Shown: piece after piece, positions 56,674-64,000 of the stretch
How positions within the stretch are numbered: position 1 is the stretch's first letter
Layout: every line of letters starts with the position of its first letter
Origin: Gemmatimonadota bacterium
Lineage (GTDB): Bacteria; Gemmatimonadota; Gemmatimonadetes; Gemmatimonadales; GWC2-71-9
NCBI GenBank assembly: GCA_036679605.1
Contig: JAZDCZ010000180.1
Coordinates: 32,001 to 96,000, forward strand
DNA length: 64,000 nucleotides
Direction of reading: 5' to 3'
Translations under genes and position numbers: made by a program
Notes under the pieces: generated by a model
Database searches by the model: none
The model's input: the letters and a program-made list of their open reading frames with translations, nothing else
Told to the model about the DNA's origin: nothing

Positions 56674-58404
56674 TCACTTGCAGTAGGCTTCACGGAATTG
56701 CGCCGGTCGGCCTCTGAGTTGGCGGTAGACCCCCAGGAGCCCGTCCGCGGCCTTCTCCGCAACCACCCTTCCGGCGGTCAGTGCCTCGAACCCCTTGTTG
56801 ATCAGCCGCTGGTACTCACCAATCGCACTGCAGGACTCAGACTCGAGGATCTGTTGATCCATGGGGCGGACAACATAAAACAAGCCATATCCAATCCAGA
56901 AATTGGCTGGATTGGTAACTTTGTTCTGCCAATCGTACTGCTGTGCCTTTTCAAGCCAGACAATACCCCTGGGAATATCGATTTGCATCTGCACCAGCTT
57001 CTGACCGGGGGTGTAGTACATCCCCGCAACTCTAGTCATTACAGTCGTGTCGTGACTGAGTTGGCTCAACCGCTGAAGCAAGCCATCTAACTTGTTGAGC
57101 GCGGCCGTATCGAGCGGTGTGATCGTATCGATTTGGAGCGCGCGCGCATGCAGTGTCGCTACCGTAAGCAGGCTCCGCTCATCGTGCTCATCGAGTTCGA
57201 TTAGTCGCTCGTAAGCCATGAGAGCTGAGTCCTGTACTCCGGCTCTCTGCAACAGAAGGGCTCGCGCCCTCCAGAACGGTATCGAGCTGGGGGAATATTC
57301 CAGTCCCTCCGAAGCCCATCTCAGCATGGCAGCGGTGTCTCGGATTTGACTTGCGAGCGCAAAGATCCGGGGATAAAACAAAGTGTCCCCTGTAAGGGCC
57401 GAATCGAGTTCGTACTGCTGAGTCATGGCCTCTAGGGCACAGTCCCAGAGTGCGCCGTCAAAGCAACCACGCGCCTTGAGCCCGACGAACCGCGCATTCG
57501 ACGGATCGCGACGGAGGCCTTCGTCGATGATATCTCGTGCCCGAAAGTAGTCCCTTGTGGTTATGTAGCCGGCGGCTACTTGATATCGGATATCCTGATC
57601 GTCCGGATTGGCGCGTAGCTGCTTCGCAAACGCATCCACTGCCTTAACCGTATCACCTCTTCGCTGGTATTGCCGAGCAAGATTCTCCCATGCCCGCATA
57701 TTGAGGGAGTCGCCCTTAGTGGCTTTCTCGTAGGCCCAAATGAGGCTGTCAGAGCCTTGTTGGTTGGCTTCGAACACGTAAGAGAGGCACATCGCCGCCG
57801 AGGGGTGGTTCCTATAGATCTCGAACGCTTTATTCGCTCTGTCGCGGGCACGCTTGAAATCGCCACGATCGCGGCGGGTAGAGCATTCTTTGGCAAAGTC
57901 GGCTGCTTTGACCTGAGTCCGCAGTGAGTCCATAACCCGACCCGCAAGAGACTTAGGAGGGTCACCCGGCTGGCCCGTTACGGTCATCCACCCTGACAGG
58001 CCGGTCCTCCGGACATCAACCATTCTTAGCGTCAGCTGAGGCACAGGCCCTACCCGATTCAGCCAGCCATATGCGTAGCCGTCCGCCTGCAGCGCCTTCG
58101 CTACCTGTTCGACCATGACTTCACTAACGATTGTCGTTGCTGCAAACCCAGAACTCACGAGCAGGTCTTCGATAACGTCGTTCTTGATGACTTCCCACTT
58201 TTGGCGGTACTTGTTTTGTGCCTCAGTTCTGATGTACCTGACCAGCTCCTGCACATAAGCTGAGTCTTGAGGGGACCGGGGGGATGGGGCGAGGAACAAC
58301 ATACGGCTCGATTTGGTCTGGGCACCAAGGCTCGCCGGCACCGCTACCGCGAGCTCTACAACAATCAAAAGCCCTGTTCTGAGAGATGAACGTAGCCGAT
58401 GCAC
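56674..58404 (-). CDS. secreted tetratricopeptide-repeat protein
   Basis: Signal peptide ..SLGA|Q, repeated TPR-like helices (AWENLARQY..AVDAFAKQLRANP), upstream SD GGGGAG. Confidence 0.75.
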   Translation of the reverse strand: MHRLRSSLRTGLLIVVELAVAVPASLGAQTKSSRMLFLAPSPRSPQDSAYVQELVRYIRTEAQNKYRQKWEVIKNDVIEDLLVSSGFAATTIVSEVMVEQVAKALQADGYAYGWLNRVGPVPQLTLRMVDVRRTGLSGWMTVTGQPGDPPKSLAGRVMDSLRTQVKAADFAKECSTRRDRGDFKRARDRANKAFEIYRNHPSAAMCLSYVFEANQQGSDSLIWAYEKATKGDSLNMRAWENLARQYQRRGDTVKAVDAFAKQLRANPDDQDIRYQVAAGYITTRDYFRARDIIDEGLRRDPSNARFVGLKARGCFDGALWDCALEAMTQQYELDSALTGDTLFYPRIFALASQIRDTAAMLRWASEGLEYSPSSIPFWRARALLLQRAGVQDSALMAYERLIELDEHDERSLLTVATLHARALQIDTITPLDTAALNKLDGLLQRLSQLSHDTTVMTRVAGMYYTPGQKLVQMQIDIPRGIVWLEKAQQYDWQNKVTNPANFWIGYGLFYVVRPMDQQILESESCSAIGEYQRLINKGFEALTAGRVVAEKAADGLLGVYRQLRGRPAQFREAYCK

Positions 58405-58464
58405 AGCTATAGACTCCCCGTTTTTACTCTAGTGGTCAAGGCAAACTACCGTTTCCATGCAAAA

Positions 58465-58539
58465 TGGGCGAAGAGGGATTCGAACCCCCGACATCCTGCT
58501 TGTAAGGCAGGCGCTCTGAACCAACTGAGCTATTCGCCC
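58465..58539 (-). tRNA. tRNA-Val(TAC)
   Basis: GGGCGAATAGCTCAGTTGGTTCAGAGCGCCTGCCTTACAAGCAGGATGTCGGGGGTTCGAATCCCTCTTCGCCCA cloverleaf; CCA not encoded. Confidence 0.97.
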
Positions 58540-58722
58540 TCAAAGCGCGAGGCCCAGCGGGAACAACACGCAGTAGCCCAGGACCAGCAACATCGGCGCC
58601 AGCGTGGTATCGCCACCTGCAAGCAACAGGTAACCCACTCCTATTGTCCCCAATGCACAACCCAGTGTCACCAGATTTCTGCTCCGAAAACGAAGCCTTG
58701 CGGACGAATCCCTCCTAGACAT
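58540..58722 (-). CDS. small two-TM membrane protein (DUF3098-like)
   Basis: RNLVTLG..IGVGYLLLAGG..TLAPMLLVLGY pattern; promoter directly upstream. Confidence 0.7.
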   Translation of the reverse strand: MSRRDSSARLRFRSRNLVTLGCALGTIGVGYLLLAGGDTTLAPMLLVLGYCVLFPLGLAL

Positions 58723-58730
58723 AGACCCTC

Positions 58731-58759
58731 AGGCTAATCGGAAGTTCCATATGCGTCAA
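58731..58759 (-). promoter_or_regulatory. sigma70-type promoter of the small membrane gene + tRNA-Val (probably leaderless)
   Basis: TTGACG(58759-54)-17-TAGCCT(58736-31), 8 nt before ATG 58722. Confidence 0.6.
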
Positions 58760-59625
58760 GCACTTGCGTCGTCGATCGGTGTCACGTCGTCGATATCTGC
58801 GGGGAGGCTCCATCCCTCATCCAAAGCGAGTCTCCGCTCTTGGTAGCGGCCGCGGCGCCAGCCCCAGAGGCTCAACAGAATCAGGCCAAGTACCGCCCAG
58901 AATAGGGCCATCGACCCCAAGATCAAAGCCCAGCCGTAGTGCTTGCGGAGGTCCTTTCGCCACATCGCTTCAAATTGGCCGAGCGTTATCTGGTGCGTGA
59001 TTCTGAGTGCGCGATCCATATCAGTAGTCTTGCCCAGGTTTTCTAGCAGCGGAGCCAAACCACGATCCCCGCCAAGCCGTTCCAGCAGCAGCACCGCAGT
59101 AGTGGCAAGTGCATAGGCTGTCTCAGGCCTCACTCCGCTGCCTCGAAGATCGGCGTTCACACGGCCCAGTGAAGGGAGGACGCCCATTACAAGAGCCCAA
59201 TTGACTCGCAGAATTTCCAATCGGTCCCACTCGTCTGCGGCCCTCGCCGCATATCCCTCGTCAAACCAAAGTGGCACTCTTCTAACCTTGCTGTGAAGAG
59301 CCAAGTGCGCCATCTCATGAATCAGGACGCGCCTTGCGTCGCCCGACAGCTTCACGATCACCGTGTTTGAACCAGGGAATGCCGCTCCGGCGCTCCACTT
59401 GGGCACACGACCCCTGGTAAGCGAATCGAACTTAGCGGCGTCGGGCGCCAGAATCAGCCGCACCGGTCGCCTTCCGATATTTTGGATTCCCGGCCAAGGT
59501 CCCGCCGCGTCAGCAATTTCAGCTAGCACCGTCGCCACCGCCTCCTGCTGTGGCCAATAAACGGCTCGCACTCTACCTACCCTGACGAGCTGAGGGTCCT
59601 GCACAGATAGCGCCAGCAATCCCAT
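58756..59625 (-). CDS. peptidase MA-like zinc metallopeptidase with C-terminal TM anchor
   Basis: LIHEMAHL (HExxH), PLWFDEGYA (third ligand Glu), C-terminal TM followed by WRRGRY. Confidence 0.8.
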   Translation of the reverse strand: MGLLALSVQDPQLVRVGRVRAVYWPQQEAVATVLAEIADAAGPWPGIQNIGRRPVRLILAPDAAKFDSLTRGRVPKWSAGAAFPGSNTVIVKLSGDARRVLIHEMAHLALHSKVRRVPLWFDEGYAARAADEWDRLEILRVNWALVMGVLPSLGRVNADLRGSGVRPETAYALATTAVLLLERLGGDRGLAPLLENLGKTTDMDRALRITHQITLGQFEAMWRKDLRKHYGWALILGSMALFWAVLGLILLSLWGWRRGRYQERRLALDEGWSLPADIDDVTPIDDASA

Positions 59626-59627
59626 TA

Positions 59628-60491
59628 CTATGAACGTGGTGGCTCCGTCCCCTGTTCCACCAAGTCCAACATCTCTCTACAGCGCTTGCCCCAGGGATTG
59701 AACTTGTTTGCCTTAAATCCGTTGATCCAGGTTTCCTTAGCCATATCCTGCTCTTCGGCAAACCACTGTGCTCGTCCCAGTTCATAGTACGCTTCAATGA
59801 GATTTGGCCCCAGCTCAAGGGTCTTCTCAAAGAACGTCTGCGCATCCTCGTACATTTCTCGCTCTTGATAGACGAGACCGAGATAGAAATGCGCGTAAAG
59901 GGTGGCCTTCTTGTCGTTGTCTAGACGGATGGCCTTCGAAAGATGCTCTATGGCTTCGCCGAAAATGCGCTTCTTTAGGCAAATGTAGCCGACATTAATT
60001 CGTGCCAGAGAGTTCGCCGGTTCTGTGCTGAGAACTTGTTGGAATGTGCCCAAGGCGTCATCGTAGTCTTGGTTGAGCATTTGGGCCCAGCCAAGCAAAG
60101 ACTTGGCCTGCACATCTGCAGGTGACAGTGACAGGGCCTTTGAGAGCGCTTGGAGCGCACCAGGATAATCGCCCAAAGAGATGAGGCTCCAGCCTTTCTC
60201 AATGAACGTGGAGGCCCCTATGTGATCGACCCGTGCGGCAGGTACAGCGCCGGTGAACTGGGGGGCATTGCCCCCTTCCCCACCTTGGGCGAGCTGCTTG
60301 TACCGTTCTACGAGTTCCCGAATGTTTTCCTTGAGGTCAGAAAGATCGGTGATCGCCTGATCGACGATCTTGAACAGCGAGATGATCTGTTGCTTGACGG
60401 CGTCCCGCTCAGCCTGGGGCACATCCGACTCAAGCTTCTGTGAAATTTCGTCGTACGATGCGCGCAGTGGTGCTACAATGGAGTCACTCAT
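59628..60491 (-). CDS. coiled-coil + TPR protein
   Basis: N-terminal heptads followed by about 5 TPRs (LGWAQM, VGYICL, YLGLVY, ELGRAQW). Confidence 0.85.
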   Translation of the reverse strand: MSDSIVAPLRASYDEISQKLESDVPQAERDAVKQQIISLFKIVDQAITDLSDLKENIRELVERYKQLAQGGEGGNAPQFTGAVPAARVDHIGASTFIEKGWSLISLGDYPGALQALSKALSLSPADVQAKSLLGWAQMLNQDYDDALGTFQQVLSTEPANSLARINVGYICLKKRIFGEAIEHLSKAIRLDNDKKATLYAHFYLGLVYQEREMYEDAQTFFEKTLELGPNLIEAYYELGRAQWFAEEQDMAKETWINGFKANKFNPWGKRCREMLDLVEQGTEPPRS

Positions 60492-60960
60492 GAGCAGTCC
60501 CCGCCATCAGCGTGTCCAGGGTGAGTTGCTCCTCCGCCTCGAGCAGTTTTGACACCGCCAACACTACGGTAGATCGCTCACCTATCGTGGCTATCCCGCT
60601 GACATACCGTGCGGCTAGCCCTCTAACGATCGGCGGCGGAGGCAATATCCGGTCGGCCCCGACTTTGAGTACTTCGAGCACCTTGTCCGCTACGATCCCA
60701 ATTCGTCCGCCCTCCCAATCAACCACTATGATCCTCGTATCTTCACCGATGCTGGCTGGCACCTCCAATCGCTTTCGCAAATCGAACACCGGAAGCACCT
60801 CCCCACCATACTGGATAGTACCCTCAAGAAATACAGGTGCACCTGGAAGAGGCGCTGGCTCAGTGTAGCGAAGAATCCTCTCTACCCTGGCAACATCAAA
60901 CGCAAAATTGTGAGCCGCAATCGTAAATGTTACCAGTTGGACTTCGTCGTCTGAACTCAT
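60484..60960 (-). CDS. cheW: chemotaxis coupling protein CheW
   Basis: QLVTFTI..FAFDV..VERIL..PLPGAP.FLEG..LPVFDLRKRL..RIIVV..GIVADKV. Confidence 0.9.
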   Translation of the reverse strand: MSSDDEVQLVTFTIAAHNFAFDVARVERILRYTEPAPLPGAPVFLEGTIQYGGEVLPVFDLRKRLEVPASIGEDTRIIVVDWEGGRIGIVADKVLEVLKVGADRILPPPPIVRGLAARYVSGIATIGERSTVVLAVSKLLEAEEQLTLDTLMAGTAHE

Positions 60961-61385
60961 GTCTGCTCTTCAATCGAGGCTGTGGTCAATCGATCTACCA
61001 AAGTTGCCACGTCAACCACAGGAATCAATTCCTCGTCACGTTTTGCCACACCCAATGCCCATGGGAGATCCCATCCGTCCGGCACGGGAAGAGGATCTTC
61101 GAATACTACTTCATCTGCATCGTCCACTTCAAACGCCACCGTTTTGCCGCTGCATTCGGCAACCACTATCGTATCACCTTGCAGCTCAGGAGGCGGAGTG
61201 CCTGAGACCAGCGAGCCCAGATGCACGAGTGGAACGAGTCGGTCGCGCACCGGAGTCACGCCCCTCACGGAAGGATGAACACTAGGCACGCGATCGACGG
61301 CAAAACCGTCGATTACCTCTGTTACCCGGTTTATTCCGAGACCGTAGCGTTGTCCTCCCGCGCGTACTATGAGGAAACCCATCAT
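60957..61385 (-). CDS. cheW: CheW-like protein
   Basis: YGLGINRVTEVI..VPSVHPSVRGV..RDRLVPLVHL..AFEVD; start ATG 61385 overlapping the cheB stop. Confidence 0.82.
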   Translation of the reverse strand: MMGFLIVRAGGQRYGLGINRVTEVIDGFAVDRVPSVHPSVRGVTPVRDRLVPLVHLGSLVSGTPPPELQGDTIVVAECSGKTVAFEVDDADEVVFEDPLPVPDGWDLPWALGVAKRDEELIPVVDVATLVDRLTTASIEEQT

Positions 61386-62461
61386 GCGCTCTTCCGCGTA
61401 GACAACGCATATTCTACGAGCCCGGCAATTCGATTCAAGGGTGCCACTATCTCGGCACCTCCCGACGCGATTGCAGCTTGTGGCATTCCGAAAATCACTG
61501 AGGTCTCTTTGTCTTGGGCCACGGTCGCACCCCCCACATCCCGAATCGCCTTGAGTCCCGCTGCTCCGTCCTTGCCCATCCCAGTCAGGACCACTCCAAC
61601 CGTCCGGCGGCCAAAACACTTGGCAATGGACCGAAATAGCGGATCGGCCGCAGGCCTCACTCCCCAAACGTGTGGGGTTTGGTCGAGTGCAATGCAGGGA
61701 CTCGCATCGCCTCCGACCCTCATATGATAATCACCGGGCGCCACGTACACTGTGTCGCTTGTTATCTCCATGCCATCCTCGGCCTCCACCACGCGCAGTA
61801 GACTGGCTTGGTCGAGACGAGCGGCAAGACTCTTAGTAAACGAAGGAGGCATGTGTTGAACTACCAGAATCCCAGCGCCAAGTCCGGTGGGCAGCTCAGG
61901 TACCAACTGCGCTAGCGCGCGCGGACCCCCGGTGCTCGCAGCAATCGCAACACCCACCGGCGGCTGCCCCGAATAACGCGCCGAGCTTGGCTCCCCTCTA
62001 TCTTGAATGCGAAAACGCCACGGCTGGGACAGACGCCCAACATCCGCCGAGTGCGCAGCTTCTAGCGCAGATAGAAGTTGGGGTTTCATCATAGTCAGCC
62101 CGGCAACGTCGGTTCCAGATTTCGCCACTACCTCTGTCGCCCCCAACTCAAGTGCCTTGATAGCGGCATCAGCGCCGGGTTGAGTGTGGGCGCTCACGAC
62201 AACTATCGGCACCGGAGTATCACTCATGATGCGTTCAATAGCCTCTAACCCGCCCAGTCCGGGCATCTCGATGTCCATCGTGACCAAGTCCGGTTCGAGG
62301 TTGCGAACTTTTGCAATCGCATCCGCGCCATTTCTCGCCGTGTCGACGACACTGAACCTGTTCGAATCGTTCACTATATCAGAGATCAAACGCCGCATGA
62401 AAGCGCTGTCGTCAACTACCAAGACAGTGGGGCGGATTCTAGATTCGGAATGGTTCGCCAT
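61382..62461 (-). CDS. cheB: chemotaxis response regulator methylesterase CheB
   Basis: REC (VVDDSAFMR, MDIEMP), AASTGGP, VQHMP, RPAAD, LTGMGKDG; catalytic S/H/D intact. Confidence 0.95.
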   Translation of the reverse strand: MANHSESRIRPTVLVVDDSAFMRRLISDIVNDSNRFSVVDTARNGADAIAKVRNLEPDLVTMDIEMPGLGGLEAIERIMSDTPVPIVVVSAHTQPGADAAIKALELGATEVVAKSGTDVAGLTMMKPQLLSALEAAHSADVGRLSQPWRFRIQDRGEPSSARYSGQPPVGVAIAASTGGPRALAQLVPELPTGLGAGILVVQHMPPSFTKSLAARLDQASLLRVVEAEDGMEITSDTVYVAPGDYHMRVGGDASPCIALDQTPHVWGVRPAADPLFRSIAKCFGRRTVGVVLTGMGKDGAAGLKAIRDVGGATVAQDKETSVIFGMPQAAIASGGAEIVAPLNRIAGLVEYALSTRKSA

Positions 62462-62948
62462 AGGGCATCCTCACAGTCACCACTCCGTTTTCAATATCAA
62501 ACCAAACTGAACGACTCGACTCCCCGCCAACGGCCTCTGCGACCACGGGTATATTTTGGGCACTTAAAGCCAACCGACACGCGGCCAGATTGCGTTCCCC
62601 TATGTGGACTTTGCCACTCGCCATCAAGTCAGCAAACATGCAGGCTCCACCAATCAAGCGACCGACGATGTGATCTCGCACGCCTCCGGCCTCCAGCACC
62701 TTCTCGACAAGAAGCGGCACGGCAGTTTCTGCGGACCGTGCCGGCTTGTCTCGAATACGGGAATGCGACTGAGACGGGAGCAACACATGAACCAGCCCGC
62801 CCACTCGTCGCTCCGCATCGTGCATCAGAACCGCAACACAACTGCCCAACCCAAGCGCAGCCAATCTGCCAACGTTTGCTGCAACGGCGAATTCTCCCAT
62901 GGGGACTAGAGTCGGGGCGGTGGTAGAGGTCGTGCCATCGCCGCTCAT
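62439..62948 (-). CDS. cheD: chemoreceptor glutamine deamidase CheD
   Basis: GLGSCVAV, GGLVHVLLP, GGACMF, IGERN, VGG..R. Confidence 0.92.
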   Translation of the reverse strand: MSGDGTTSTTAPTLVPMGEFAVAANVGRLAALGLGSCVAVLMHDAERRVGGLVHVLLPSQSHSRIRDKPARSAETAVPLLVEKVLEAGGVRDHIVGRLIGGACMFADLMASGKVHIGERNLAACRLALSAQNIPVVAEAVGGESSRSVWFDIENGVVTVRMPYGEPFRI

Positions 62949-63760
62949 GGCAGCTTGTAGATTCGCTCTCGTGCGTCTACGAGTTCTAATATCTCACGCA
63001 CATTCCCCGACAGTGTCTCGGTTTTGCCTAGCACCAGGTAGCCTCCAGGCGCCAACGAGTGCACGAACTGTCGGAAGAGTTTCTCTTGTGTTGGTCTGTC
63101 AAAGTAGATTAGCACGTTGCGACATATGATGATGTCGTAGGGTGGGTTCGGCGGTGGTTCCACTGTTATGTCATGTCGGATGAATTCCACGCCTTGCTTG
63201 ACCGACTGCAGAACGGATCGCGGAAGATCACGGGAGAAATAACGATCCACCAACTCTTGCGGCATCTCCTCCAGGGCGGATTCCTTGTAGCTTCCTTTCT
63301 CTGCCCGGGATAGACTTTCGGGATCAAGATCTGTGGCATCTACCCGGCCAACGCTGACAAGGCCGGCACCATCATGGCGGGCCAACTCGAGCAAGAGGAT
63401 AGCCAGAGTGTATGGCTCCTCACCTGACGAGCATCCGGCTGACCAACATCGCACATTGCCCTTCCGCACTTGCCACAGCATAGGTAGGACATGTTCGGTA
63501 AGCGCGTTCCAGGTATCTCGATTGCGATAGAACTTCGTGACGTTGATCGTGAGCGCGCTGAGGAGCCTGTCATTTTCATCCTCATCGCGAGCGAGAACGG
63601 CCGCGTAATCGGTATAAGTCTGGACGTCGCATGCTCTCATGCGAACGGCAATACGGCGTCTGAGACAGCTCTCCTTATATGCGCCACACTGCAACCCCAT
63701 CTGCCCTTCAATTGTTTTCAGTAGCTCCTCTAGATCGGAATCGAGGTGCGTGTCTATCAC
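62945..63760 (-). CDS. cheR: chemotaxis methyltransferase CheR
   Basis: LTINVTKFYRN, WSAGCSSGEEPYTL, ATDLD, ICRNVLIYF, LGKTE; start GTG 63760. Confidence 0.95.
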   Translation of the reverse strand: MIDTHLDSDLEELLKTIEGQMGLQCGAYKESCLRRRIAVRMRACDVQTYTDYAAVLARDEDENDRLLSALTINVTKFYRNRDTWNALTEHVLPMLWQVRKGNVRCWSAGCSSGEEPYTLAILLLELARHDGAGLVSVGRVDATDLDPESLSRAEKGSYKESALEEMPQELVDRYFSRDLPRSVLQSVKQGVEFIRHDITVEPPPNPPYDIIICRNVLIYFDRPTQEKLFRQFVHSLAPGGYLVLGKTETLSGNVREILELVDARERIYKLP

Positions 63761-64000
63761 TTTAACGCGCTCACCGTCTCCAGATTCGTACGCGCGAGTT
63801 CGTGTTGCGGATTGATCGCCATCGCCTTCGTCCAATACTCCGAGGCAAGTTCCCGGTCGAGTCGCTTATACGCGATGTTCCCAAGTTTGAAATAGACGTC
63901 GTCGCCTAGCTGGGGTTGCAGCTTGATGGCCCTTTGATAGGTCTCCCATGCGTCGTCGTGGCGCCCAGCTCGATAGAAGAGATCTCCCAAATTCTTGGAC
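63757..64000 (-). CDS. TPR protein, 5' end outside window
   Basis: NLGDLFYRAGRHDDAWETYQRA..YFKLGNIAY..WTKAMAINP..ARTNL. Confidence 0.8.
   Translation of the reverse strand, partial: SKNLGDLFYRAGRHDDAWETYQRAIKLQPQLGDDVYFKLGNIAYKRLDRELASEYWTKAMAINPQHELARTNLETVSALK

Noticed and set aside
56541..58539. tRNA-anchored genomic island
   Set aside because: No duplicated tRNA 3' end, integrase or other mobility gene.
225..63724. Many 60-295 aa plus-strand and alternate-frame ORFs in the track (e.g. 51173-52060, 26461-27228, 38561-39301)
   Set aside because: Antisense shadows of well-supported GC-rich genes; S/P/R/T-rich, no motifs, no initiation signals.
4974..63835. Long N-terminal extensions in the ORF track for HPr, IIB, RibE, RibD, Alr, FtsY, MurD, RsmH, CheW, CheR and the antitoxin
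   Set aside because: Longest-ORF artefacts; downstream starts fit the family N-termini and the stop/start overlaps.
1..64000. CRISPR arrays, IS elements, prophage, rRNA
   Set aside because: By eye I saw no regularly spaced repeats, transposase, phage or rRNA sequence; nearly all DNA is accounted for by housekeeping genes.

Overview
Mostly core-genome DNA from a diderm bacterium. Protein styles and gene order resemble Gemmatimonadota (my inference, not a database result). All but two genes (mazG, phhB) are on the minus strand, and most are joined by short start/stop overlaps. In transcription order: a TPR-cheR-cheD-cheB-cheW-cheW-TPR-metallopeptidase cluster; a small membrane gene fused end-to-end to tRNA-Val(TAC); a TPR gene; tRNA-Asp(GTC); an mraZ-less dcw cluster (rsmH to ftsZ, with ftsW frameshifted by an exact 19-nt tandem duplication) that continues into M23-hisA-vWA-ftsY-recG; asnS; a DUF4160/DUF2442-HTH toxin-antitoxin-like pair with an unusually long antitoxin (the only clearly accessory insert); mazG; and a ~30-kb run alr-deoB-cdd-eutN/ccmL-lipoprotein-OM barrel-mtaB-miaB-comFB-comEC-fbp-MCM-argS-purM-rib-nusB-hpf-hprK-mannose-type PTS-metK-ahcY. 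Best leads: (1) the antitoxin with an extra receiver-like N-terminal domain and visible operator palindromes; (2) a lone microcompartment vertex gene among nucleoside-catabolism, outer-membrane and DNA-uptake genes, possibly a DNA-as-food module. I saw no CRISPR array, rRNA, transposase or integrase. Family calls come from motif recognition by eye; no searches were run.
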